Origin: Proteromonas lacertae
Taxonomy: Eukaryota
Assembly (NCBI GenBank): GCA_002245135.1
Contig: NGBS01001164.1
Location: 186,001 to 250,000, forward strand
DNA: 64,000 nucleotides
Direction of reading: 5' to 3'
How positions within the stretch are numbered: position 1 is the first letter of the stretch; every line of letters starts with the position of its first letter. Below the pieces are notes generated by a model. It had not been told where the DNA came from and did not search any database. It saw only the letters and a program-made list of their open reading frames with translations. Below are positions 36,676-48,937 of the stretch, in pieces. The position numbers and the translations under genes were made by a program.

Positions 36676-39600
36676 ATGGATGAGAGTGGTGAAGTGACAA
36701 AGAAGACATATGGTACAGATATTGGAAGCTGTAATATTGTTGTTTCTTCGACTGATTCAAATTCAATATCTCAAGTAGTTGATAATGAATTTGGCTCAAA
36801 GAAGACACCGTATAGTTATATATTTATGTTTATTTAGTGTATTTGTGTGTCTTAAAGGGTTGCAGAGATATATTGGTAACAGTGCTGTTCAAATGGTATA
36901 AGAAATAGTATTATTATTAATATTAGAGTGCAATTAACTACTTAACAACAGCTGATTCAGCACAGGATATATTTTTCTTTGATAATTATCATTTCATAAA
37001 ATCTTATAATTCAGAAGTAAAAGCAGAGAATATAATCAAATATCATTTTCCATATCCTCTATTTTATGAAAATGATAAATTTTATTTCAAATTTAAAGAT
37101 GTATTAGGATTTAAAGAACTAAAATTAACTTCTGATCATTTAATGATGATGTATATAAACAAACTTAGAGAATTAATCGAATTAAATAAACCAATAGAAG
37201 GTATGGTAGACTGCTTAACCACTGTACCATCATATTATTCCTCTACATTGTATAAAAACAAAATAAAAGAATTATATAAAATAATGAATTTCAATTGTTT
37301 AGATATAATACCAAATTATGAAGCAATAGCATTATCATATGCTTATGAAAATAGTGGTAAATTAAATAGTGATAATCAATATCTTATTATTGTAGATATG
37401 GGTTATATATCCACATCTTCAACTGTTGTACAGTTTAATAATGTATTTCATATAAAATATTTTTATTTATAATAGGAAGAATGCGTTATATTAAGTAATA
37501 GTTATGATAGTATGTTAGGTGGAAGATTAATAGATGAAATGTTATTTAATTATATAAACAATGAGATTAAAAAGGAGTATAATGTTGATATAAAAGACAG
37601 ACCAAAGAAGTATATAAAAGTAATGAAGACATTAATTTCAACCAAAGAAAAACTAAGTGCAGAAGGTGCTGATGAAGTAGCATATACATTAGATGGAATA
37701 TTAGAAGATGATGAAGATTATGAAAGTAGTCTGACCTTAGAAAACTTGAAGGAGTTTATATTTGACTTACAGTTGGAAGGTTTTAATAGTCATAATAATA
37801 TTGAGATTAAAGAAGAAGAAGAAGAAGATAATAATAATAATAATAAGATAAAAGCCAATACAATAGGAGGTAAACTAATAAGAATAATCAAAGATAGTGT
37901 GAAAAAGAGTGGTTTAGAAGAAAAAGAACAAGAAGAGTTAAAGAAAATTGATTTAATTCCAGTTGGTGGATCATTAAGAATACAATATTTCAAAGATATA
38001 ATGAGAAATTATATAAGAAAATTAACTGGAGATGATAATAAAGAATTAAACCATACATTGAATATGGATGAAAGTGAAAGTAGAGGTTGTTGTTATAAAT
38101 GGTTAATGAATGAAAAGAAATGGAAATATAATATGAAAAGTAATATAGAGATATCTGATGATGAATATGATAATGAAAAGTATGTTGCTGAACTACAAGA
38201 GATTAAAAATACTGAAATGGAAATATCCAATAAACATAAGAATATGAATCAGAAATTAAGTAGTAAAAACGATTATGAAAGTGAGTTATATAACTATCGA
38301 AGATTATTATCAAATTATGAAAAAGAAAGAGATTATAATGAACTTAATAGTTTTATTGATAGTGAATTAGAATGGATAAAGGAAGTAGATACAATCGGTT
38401 TAACAGTTGAAGAAATTAAAAAAAGAAGCGATGATACAAAGGAGAGATTATATATGCTATTAAATTATGAAAAAGAGAAACAGAAAGTGATTGAAGAGTA
38501 TAAGAATCAAATAGAATCTTATAAGAAGTACAAAGTAATACTAGAGAAAGATGATAACATTCCTGACAGAGATAAAATGTTAGAAAATATCAATAATTTA
38601 GAAGATGAAAATAATAGTAACTTAATAGATTTATCAATTAATGAAATAAGTGAGATGAAAGATAATAACCATGTTTTATTTGAAAGTTTAGATAACTATA
38701 TAATTGATAGAAATAATAAAAGAAATGGTTTAAGATCATTAATGAGTGAATATCATGATATATTTATGGATGTTTATAAAGTGAATAAAGAGATAGAAAA
38801 TCAAGAACAAATCACTGAATTGTATGAGAAAGAAGATGAGATTAAAAATAATGATTTATTAACAATGAAGGAGATTAATGAATATTTTGAATTGATTGAA
38901 AATGGAATGAAGAATATAATCGAACATTATAAATCAACTGTGTATAAGTCAATCAATGATTATAGAGATGATGTTGATCAATTAAATAATAAAGGTCATA
39001 TGAGTAATAGAGTAATTATGGTAATAGGAAATGCTACAAATCCATTGGTTGAAGAGATTGAGAATGAAACGGATATATTGAAGATACAATTGGTTAAGAA
39101 GAAAGTTGATAAGATTAGAGAAGATTTTAAAGTATAATTATAATAATAATATTCATTTATCTATTTATTTATTTAAAATAGGAAATTATTAAGAAACAAG
39201 ATGAATTAGTTGAAGAAGTTGATAAATATGATGAAATAGTAAAAAAGATTAGTGATATTAAATTGGATGATAACAATAACACATTAGATGTTGGAAAGTT
39301 CAGAGAATATTCAGAAGAGATTCATAGATATGTAATTGATGATGATGAAAAAGTATTAGAAAGTTTATCTTTACAAGTTCATGAAATATCTATCCATATA
39401 TCAGATTTAGAAGTATCATTTATTTATTTTGTTCTATGTTTTATAGAAATTATTAAACGCATTGAATAGATTAATTGATGTAAAATGTAAACTGTTTTTG
39501 GACATAGTTAAAGTTTCAAGAATACCAACAAGTATTGATCAGGAATGTATTAAAAAGGCAGAAAAAGATATAGAGATGGTAAATGAATTCCTAGCAGGAA

Positions 39601-42600
39601 ATGATGAATTAATTACAATACCAAGTTCTTATGATGGTTATATATCTCAATTAGAAGAGCAATCAAGACTGATTGATAAAGAATTAGACTCATATAGAAA
39701 GAATAGAATAGAAAAAGAAAAAGAAATAGCAAAGTTATTACAGTTATATAGAAGTATATTAATTAGAATATCGAAATATGAAAGTTCTCTTGGAGATATA
39801 ACTGATGAAGTGAATAAATTCATTGATGACAATGAAGCAACTGAAATTGAACTGCAAGAATATGATGAAGAAATTGAATATGTAAATAAAGAGATTGATA
39901 TGTTGAAAGAAAAATGTGTAAAGAATATTGCTAAAACAATTAATCCAGAAATATTAGATACTATGTATTTTATATATATATATTATATATATTCATTTAA
40001 TAGTGGTAAAATCAAATCATTTCTATTGGATAATCCGCATTTTAAAGATCAATTATCAGAGTATATTATAATACAAGAAAAATGGATCAAAGACAATAAA
40101 TTAGATTATACAAAAGTGGATGATTTCCATGAAAAAGAAGTTGAATTGAAGGAATATTATGCTAAAACTATTGTATTTTTATATTATTATTATTATATAA
40201 TATATGAATAGGAAAGCTGTCAACAATTCCATATTGGTGATGATGTAATTATCAAAATAAGTAAACAAGGAGTTGTAGAAAATATTAATAGAGATGGAAC
40301 ATATTTAATATCATTTGATGATGGTGAATATGGTGTAAATATTCCAAAGAGTTACATTCAAAATAACAACAAAATAAGAAATGAGAAATTCTTTACAACA
40401 AAGATAGCATTTAATGCAAAGTACAAATTAGGTGATAAAATCAATGTAAATAGTGAAATACAGAAGAAAATGATTAAAGATGCAAAATTATTAGGTGTTT
40501 ATCCATCAGAAGATTCAATGACAATTAGAAATAAAACAATACCAATAGATATAAGTAAAGATGAAAGTCTTCAAGCAGATGGTATTTCATCATATAGGAA
40601 TAGAGGTATTAAAACATCATCACCTGTTTCTATCCAATCATCAAGAGATACTGTGGTTGGATTATATAATTTATCATTAGTAACTGAACCAGAAATGATT
40701 GATGAATTATGTACAAAATTAGAGAAGGATGATGCAATTAATAATGAGTTATATAATGTAAGTGTAACTAATGATACTTGTGATGTAATGTATTGGTATA
40801 AAGATCAATGTTATATTGAGAGAAATTTGAAGTGTAAGAATTTAGAAGAAATCTTGTCAAAGAAAAGAGATGATAAGAAGAAGAAAGATAAAGATTATGT
40901 ATTTCAAATCGGTGAAAGTGTTATATTTGAAAAGAAAAAGAAGGTTGAAAGAGGTGTTATAGTTGATATTATAATAAAGAAGAATGATATTAAATATCAT
41001 GTAGAAACAGAAGAATCAGATTATCCATCATTATCAGGAAAAGAAATATCATCTCAAGAGTTTGAAACTGACCCAATATTTCATATTGGTGATTTAGTTA
41101 TAGTTAATAATTTCGGTTATAGAGGTAAAATAAAATCATTCAATTTAAGAAGAAGTGATTATGATGTAGAAATGGCTGATGGAAGTGTTAAAACTCAAGT
41201 TAAATCGACAATATTAGACAATGTTCCTGATGAAGATAATAATATGTTTATCAAATTACCTGTTGATGATATGTACAGAGTTGGTGAAATAGTTGAAGCT
41301 AATATATATTGTGAGAATAAGAATCAATATAAACCGTGTAAAATAGACTGTATATATGACAATCAAACATATGACATTGTATATCATCCCAAAGGTAATA
41401 GTACATTAACTGCTTATCACTTGACAAGAGATAAAATAAGAAAATATGAAGAAGAAAAGTATTATTCAATTGGTGATGATGTAGCATTTAGAGCGAATGG
41501 AAGTTTTGAATATGTAGAAGGAAAAGTTGTTGGTTATAACCCAAATGGAGAATATAATATTATGTATGGAAAATACTATGAAGAGAATGTATGTTCTAAG
41601 AGAATTCGTTCAACAGAGAATAATATAATTAATTACGAAGTAGGAGATTCAGCAGTAACTGAATACGTAGCAAAAGATAAGAATGTACATGTTTTATTTT
41701 ATAAGAATGAGAAAGATGGAAAATTGGATTTATTATATGTTGATGGAAAGAAGCAATTACCAAATAAGATTGGTCAAGTAAAAGATACAATATTCTTTGG
41801 TAAAAATAAAAGTAAAACTCATTTTATAAAGATTAGTGATAAGAAATGGATGTGTAGTTATGGAATAATGAACATTAAAACTAAAGAAACCAAATATTAT
41901 GATTTAATAGCAAGAAAGAAAAGTGTAGAAAAAGAAAAAGTTAGACCAGTTACAAATGAATATAAATTATATAAGAACAATGAGACTGTATTATATAAAG
42001 ATCCAAATCATCATCATAAGTGGTATTTAGGAATAATAAATGATAGAAATGTAGAAGATGATGGATATATTATACAACCATTAGATGATGATAATAAATC
42101 CATTGATGAAAAGAAAAAACCAGTAATAGTAAAAAGTAGTAACATTCGAGCATATAATGATTATTATAATCCAAATTATAAGGTTGGTGATAAAGTTCTA
42201 TTCTTTATGAATAATTTAAGAAAAACAAAATTAGGAATGATATATAAAGCCAATTATGAGCAACATAAATATTCACTTGTTACAATTGATAGAGAAAGAT
42301 ATGATAATATAATAGAAAATCATTTGATAAAATATTTAGATAATTCAACATATAAAGTAGGAGATTTAGTAAAAGCAAAGTATCCAAATGGTCATTATTA
42401 CAAAGGAAGAATAAATCGAATAAATGAAAATGGAACAGTGAATATATGGTATGATGATAAGGATTATAGAGAATTAGTATCATTGAATGATATTGAAGGT
42501 ATAAAATTTGAAGATAAATGGAGAGTGAGCGATAGAATGTTGTATTATAATAAAGATGATAATAAATGGTTTTTGTGTGAAATATTGAGATTGCCAAAAT

Positions 42601-43826
42601 CAACAGATAATATAAAGATTGATACATATAGAGTAATTGATATAAAATGTACAAAAGAATATGAAGTGAAAAAGAAAAATTTGAAGAGATATTGTGATAC
42701 AAGTAATGTGAGATATTGTTTAGGTGATAAAATTCACAACACATTGACTAACTCCTATGGAATAATCAATAGAATTAATTGTAATGGATCTTATGATGTG
42801 TTTTATGAGGATAATAATCAATTCGATCAAGGTGTATTATATACCAATTTAAGCCCAACATCAGCGAATGAGTATTTCATAGGTAATTTTATATATTGCA
42901 ATTACAAAGATAAAGGGAAATATTTTAAAGGAATGATAAATAGAATTAATGACAACTTCACATATAATATTTGGTATAAAGATGGTGATTATGAAGAGAA
43001 TGTGAGTATAGATAATTTAAGAACTGTGGATGAGCAAAAATCAATAGATAAGAAGGAAAAGAAGAAGAACAGTGATAGTTCATCTACTAATAGTAACAGC
43101 AATAGCAATAGTGGTAATAATTCTTCTAAAAGTAGTAAAGGGAGAAACAAAGATGAGAATAAAGATGAGAATAAAGAAGATGATGATGATAACAGCAGTA
43201 GTGAAGAAAAAGAAGAAGAAAAAGAGGAAGAAAAAGAAGAAACAATTGATGAAATAGGTAGAGAAGAAAATAAAAATGATAATTATGATGAATCTGATGT
43301 TATTTCACATCATTCTTCAAGATCAAAATCAAGAAGAAGTTCATCTAATTCAAAATCCAAATCTGTTACTAAAGAATCAGATATGAATGAAGAAGATAGA
43401 GAATTGAATGAATCACCAATACCAAAAACTGAATCTCCAAATGAATCAGTGAATGTTGTTTTAGAAGAATCTCCAGAATCTGACATAAATATGAAGAGAA
43501 AGAAAGAAAAAAATGGTGTAGAAATACAGAATATGAATGAAACTGAAGAAGTAGAAAGTGCAAACTTGTTAAATTCAATATCCGTTGATGTAAATGAAGA
43601 AAGTGGTTTATTTGTAATTGATACACCAAACACATCTTCAAAGAATGATACTTTTGATGAGAATAATAGATTGGAATTACCAAAATCTGAATTATCGCAA
43701 GATAATCATAAAGAAGAAGAAAAAAAGGAAAAAGATGATGATGAAAAGAAAAAGGAGGAGAAAGAAGAGGAGGAGGAAGAAGAAAAGTTACAATTTGAAG
43801 AATCTGACTTTACATTTGATATATAA
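36676..43826 (+). CDS. Giant Hsp110/Hsp70-type NBD + coiled-coil + tandem Tudor/SH3-like barrel protein
   Basis: Introns join ORFs 36652, 37143, 37512, 39263, 39462 and 40470; I checked the phases of the 3' joins. YGTDIGS, NEFGSKKTP, TVPSYY, VDMG, LGGRLID, KEKLS, VGGSLRI, TLNMDES, then SKNDYESELY, helical repeats, repeated Y.VGD.V...Y.G.I...N..TY.I.Y.DGD.E units and an acidic tail. Confidence 0.8.
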
Positions 43827-43897
43827 ATTGTAGATTATAAATATATAATTATAATTATAGTAATATTTCTATAAATTTGTCAGTCTCTTTCAATTTC

Positions 43898-43966
43898 AAA
43901 CATTCAAATACACTTAATACAATATGTATTAATTATGTATTTATTTGTATTTATTATGTATTTTAT
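43898..43966 (-). repeat. Right copy of the ~66-bp inverted repeat
   Basis: Reverse complement of 33039-33104; its ATG is followed by only 7 codons (MFEIERD*). Confidence 0.85.
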
Positions 43967-44011
43967 TAAAAACAACAAATTATCTATTATAAAACAATAT
44001 TTTATATAATA

Positions 44012-46800
44012 TTAACAGATTAATTGACTGTCAATAAATCTCAAAGTCTCTATTATCGTCTCAGGAGTTGAACCTATAGCATGAGCTAAATCAGTCTGTT
44101 CAGAAAATCGAATATTATTATATCTCCAAATCAAACAACCATCAATTATATTATGTATATTAACCATACAATTTGGATAAATATCTTTCGCATTTCGAAA
44201 TTCTTTTGGATTCACACCTCCATACTGTATCAATGCATTTCTTAATACACCTTGTAGTACATATAATCTTTTATAATAAATTTCATTAATTGGAACTAAA
44301 TATCCAATATTTCCATCCAAACTACCAAATGATAAACAACTGATTATAGAATTATTATTATTATTATTATTATTTGATTGATCAACATCATTTGTTATTA
44401 TTGAATTATTTATATTATTCTCTATCGAATTAGGATTACAGATTAATCTACTCATATTTAATATTCTACTTCCTATATGAATATCACCACATAACTTTAA
44501 TCTCTCTTTACTTTCTATTGGATCATATTGATAATATCGAATATTCTTATCTTTATCACTTATCACTATTCCTAACTGATCTTTGTATACTATTATATTA
44601 CAACTATCAACACTTCTTTCATTATTATCTTTCGATAATAACATCAATAAACAATGTTCTTCTATCCAAACCAAAAACATTACACTTTTTATTACATCTC
44701 CAACTACTATCATATGTTTAACAATTGACATCGATGTAATAAATATTGAACAATCATAATAACATAATAGATCCATTCCTGGCCAATCGTATACTCTTAA
44801 ACTATTACCTAATGCAAGAACAATATGATCTTCAAATGATCCTATTGAAGTGACTGGACTAATATGACTATCACATCTTACACATTTCAATCTATATTCA
44901 CTATCACTTATATCTTTATCATTTTCAAATGATAATAATATAAAGTACAATAATAATTAAAGAAATTATTTATATATTTATAAAAAAAAATAAAGGATAT
45001 TCTTCCTCTTCCTAATCTATCTTCACCTCTCATAAACACATAGCCTGTTCCTAAACCAATATAAACCTTCTCTTCTCTTTTAATATCATCACTATTACCA
45101 TCACCATCATCATCTATTTCCATGTTGTTTTCGTTATTATTATCTTTTAATCCTTCTTTCAAATGTAATACATTTAATGTCAATCCTTCTTCATAATAAT
45201 CTAAAGCATAAGAACCACATATCTCCCAATTATTTCCATTATAAACTCTCAATTCATAATAATCAATATATATTGGAGGTTTATCTTCATCTTTTACTTT
45301 ATAATAATCTGGTTTTTGTGTTGATGGTACTTCTAATCCAGTAGTTATACTATATATTTCACTTGACAATTCTTCAGATAATTCTTTCACCCATTTTATC
45401 TTATTTGACACTAGACATGCATAATATGGAACATTATTATCTATTTCATAATAATAATAATAATAATATATACATTGACCAATATAATCAATAAAATGTA
45501 CAGTTGAATCTAATTCATGTTTATCCACTGTAATGTTACTATTTGGTAGAATGACTAAATCCTCAGAAGGTTCACAGAAATACAAATACTTGTTATATAA
45601 ATACAAATATCCATTACGACATTCGCGAATATTCAATTCAGCAAAGGAAGTAATTGGAGTAGTATTACTTACACTTGACTCAATATTAGCCATTGAAATA
45701 ACATGAATTGTATCTCTAGTACATAATACAAAACAGGGATTAGGTGTATTAACATAAACACCTTCTCTGTTGAATATATTACTAAATGGAAATATTACTT
45801 TGTTATTATATTCAGGTTGGATAATTTTTTCAACTTGTGATGAAAATCTTGTGACAATATTCACTGGAACTCTGATGAATGTCTTTGGATAGTGAGGATG
45901 TTGAGTATAAACTAATAAATCACCAATTCTATTAACGCCAATAATTGCTAATCTACTCGAACATTCATCTTTCAATATACCACAGTATATATCTCTTATT
46001 TGAAACATTAATGTTGGCTTGACTTGATTTGTACCTCCATTAAAAGCTAAGATTTCTGGACGATCATAAAAATTGACATTTGTAAAGACTAATTCATGAC
46101 TTGGTATTTCATATATCTATATAATATAGAATATTTTATATACTTCAATTGATCCTGTATCTCTACACAATATACAATATATTCCAATTGAACTGGTTTC
46201 TTTTTCAATAAATATCTTCTTATCTTCTTCTATTTGAACTTGTCTTTTTGGTTTAACTCCAATTGATTCTATTGAATTATTGTCACAATATAAATATTCA
46301 TCAATATCAATAGAGGAAGAGGATGTATCTATACTTAGTGGAATTGAATCACCAGGTTTAGTTTCTATATTTATATATTTATAATGATTATATATATAAA
46401 TATATACGTTGTGGAGCTGTTCCTATTGATTCATAAGGATCTGATATGTTATCTTTTCTAGTTTTATATGGTGTAGTTGGTATTCCCATACTTGGAGTAT
46501 TTGGATAGAATGATCTACTGCTGTTAAAAACACCTTCATCATCTATCATTATTCTAATACATGTTATTAAACCACCCTATACATTAATATATAAATATAT
46601 ACTGGTATTTTCCATTCTTGAACTTTTAATGGATATTTCTCATTATTGGAAGTTTTGATTTCTCTTACACTATTATCACTTAATAATATAATTATCATAT
46701 TCTCTAATATTTGACTGAATTTGATGGTTGTACCAGGAGTAGCTCCTAAACCATTATTAGCTATTGAGTCAATCATTACTATTAACTGCTTTAATTCATC

Positions 46801-46844
<44 letters not shown>

Positions 46845-48869
46845 TATACTATTTTCATATAATCTAATTGAATCATTAGTTATTTGAACAAAATATTGTC
46901 CTTCCATCATTACACCTGCATCTAATGTGGCACAATCCAATCTAAAAGCAGTTTTATCATTGCCTAAATCTTCAGCTTCACCATCATTCCATTTCATATA
47001 GATTGATCTATTATGTAAACTAAATAACAAATATGTTTCATTTGGAATTCCTTCATCATCAGTCTAACAATAATAATTATTATTATTATATATTTATACA
47101 TCAGCACTACATAATGTCCAAACACCTGTACATTCCTTCCACTCCATTGTGGAAATAACTTTAGCTTGTAAACCATTCGTTATTTTACCAACTGATCCTT
47201 TACTTGAATAAGATAATGTACTAATAAAATGTTGTGATTCAAATGGTGGTAAATATTTCTTATCTGATACATTATTAAATGATGAAATTGGTGATAAATT
47301 GTGTATAAAATCTGCAACTTCGAAATCTAATTCACCCTATTAAAAGTATAAACATATATAAAATAAATAAATACATTTTCTATTTTGTAATGTAACAGAA
47401 TAGAATTCTCTAATCTCGATCCAATGAATATATAATTATCACCTAATTTACACATTTGTGTTGGTATTGAAGAAGCACCAATCTTTTTAATCGAAAATGA
47501 AGAAACTGTATCTTCAGCAACTTCTAAATTTATTGCATATAACTATAAATATATAAATAAATAAATAAATATATATATATATATATGAATTATTATATAT
47601 AATACATCTCCTGCTCCAGTTCCTAGCAATACTAAATTAGATCTCAAATATAAAGCCACTTCACCATATAATGATATATTCAAATTATCAGGGTTATTAT
47701 GAATTACATATCTCTCTTTATCAATTACTAAATCACTATAACCATTCAATGATAATATATAAAACTGTGAGAAATGACAATATATTACCAAAGATGGTGA
47801 AAATAGCAACAAACCATTACAAGGTGGAGGTAATGGATAAAGGGAACTACAATTATAAGGTAATTTATCAAAACTAAATATCTTTGGAACTTTCAATATT
47901 GAATTCATTAACTGAATAGCTGTTATTTTACAAGATATGTTATTATCATTGACTGACATTAATCCACAAGTAGTTGCTGCTGGTTTTAATTGCTGTAATA
48001 TAACTAATGTTGGATAGTCAAATCCATAAAGAAATGTATAATCCAATACAAGTCCTGGAAGTAACAATTCTTCACTTAAATCTATAATTTTGATTATTCC
48101 CTTTCGTGTTTTTCTTCTTCTTTTATTATTATTGTTGTTGTTGTTTGGATTAAAAACTTCTCCGATTTCTATATCATTTTGTTGTTGTTGTTGTTGTTGT
48201 ATTTCTTCATTATCATCATCATCTTCTCCTTCTTCTTCTATTCTATTCTCTTCTTCATCGTCCCTTTCTAGAATCAATGGAATAACTACTAATTGATATC
48301 CATAGATCAAGCCAATGGCATATTGAGAGGTAGGATCTATTTTGAAAGTTAAATTACATGCTTTATCACTGAATGAACGATGCCCTCTTGTATATCCTGA
48401 TGGATTATCTGCATCTATTGATAATTAAAAAAATTAATAAATTATACCTAGAGTCACTCTTTCTTCAAAATTATATAATTGAATTGTATTTATTTGGCAA
48501 GTATCTGGGTTATAGCCAACAACTGATGCTTTTCCTTCTCCAAATGTAAGTAATAACATATCTCTGGTTGTCTCCTTTGTTTTTAAAAGTGGAGTAGATT
48601 TAATAACACTCATTGATGTTATAATTCCATTAATGTGGCACGAACATCTTAAAATCAAAGAGGTTGTTGGTTCTTCCATCTATTGCATAAATAAAACTAT
48701 ATAATAATACTTGATCAACATCTACTTGCGTTAAACTATAAATTTCCAATTCAGAAGCTTTTCCTACAATCAAATTAGTCTCATCACAAGCTATAAAGCT
48801 ACCAGTAGCTGCAAATTCTACTCCAGTAGTTGGATTTATTTCTTTATAAATTGCGTATAAATTATTCAT
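44012..48869 (-). CDS. CPSF1: Cleavage and polyadenylation specificity factor subunit 1 (CPSF160)
   Basis: YAIYKEINPTTGVEFA, RDMLLLTFGEGKASVV, DYTFLYGFDYPTLVIL, VGDVIKSVMFL, FGSLDGNIG, YKRLYVLQ, GVNPKEFR and IIDGCLIW; about 10 introns, one of them U12-type. Confidence 0.93.
44945..45000 (-). other. U12-type AT-AC intron (56 nt) in CPSF1
   Basis: 5'ss ATATCCTTT, branch TTCTTTAAT, AC 11 nt later. Phase-0 removal joins RGR to FILLSF and links ORFs 44908-46008 and 44012-44950. Confidence 0.88.
46801..46843. repeat. (TAA)n intronic microsatellite
   Basis: Direct reading; inside a CPSF1 intron. Confidence 0.9.
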
Positions 48870-48937
48870 CAGCTTTAGCAAATAAAATCAAAAAATGAAA
48901 TGAATTATAGAAATAAATCCGTTTCATCTTGTTTTGA

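Noticed and set aside
33039..43966. Autonomous transposon or Polinton/virus call for the repeat-flanked block
   Set aside because: No transposase, integrase, polymerase or capsid motifs and no clear target-site duplication; kept only as a hypothesis.
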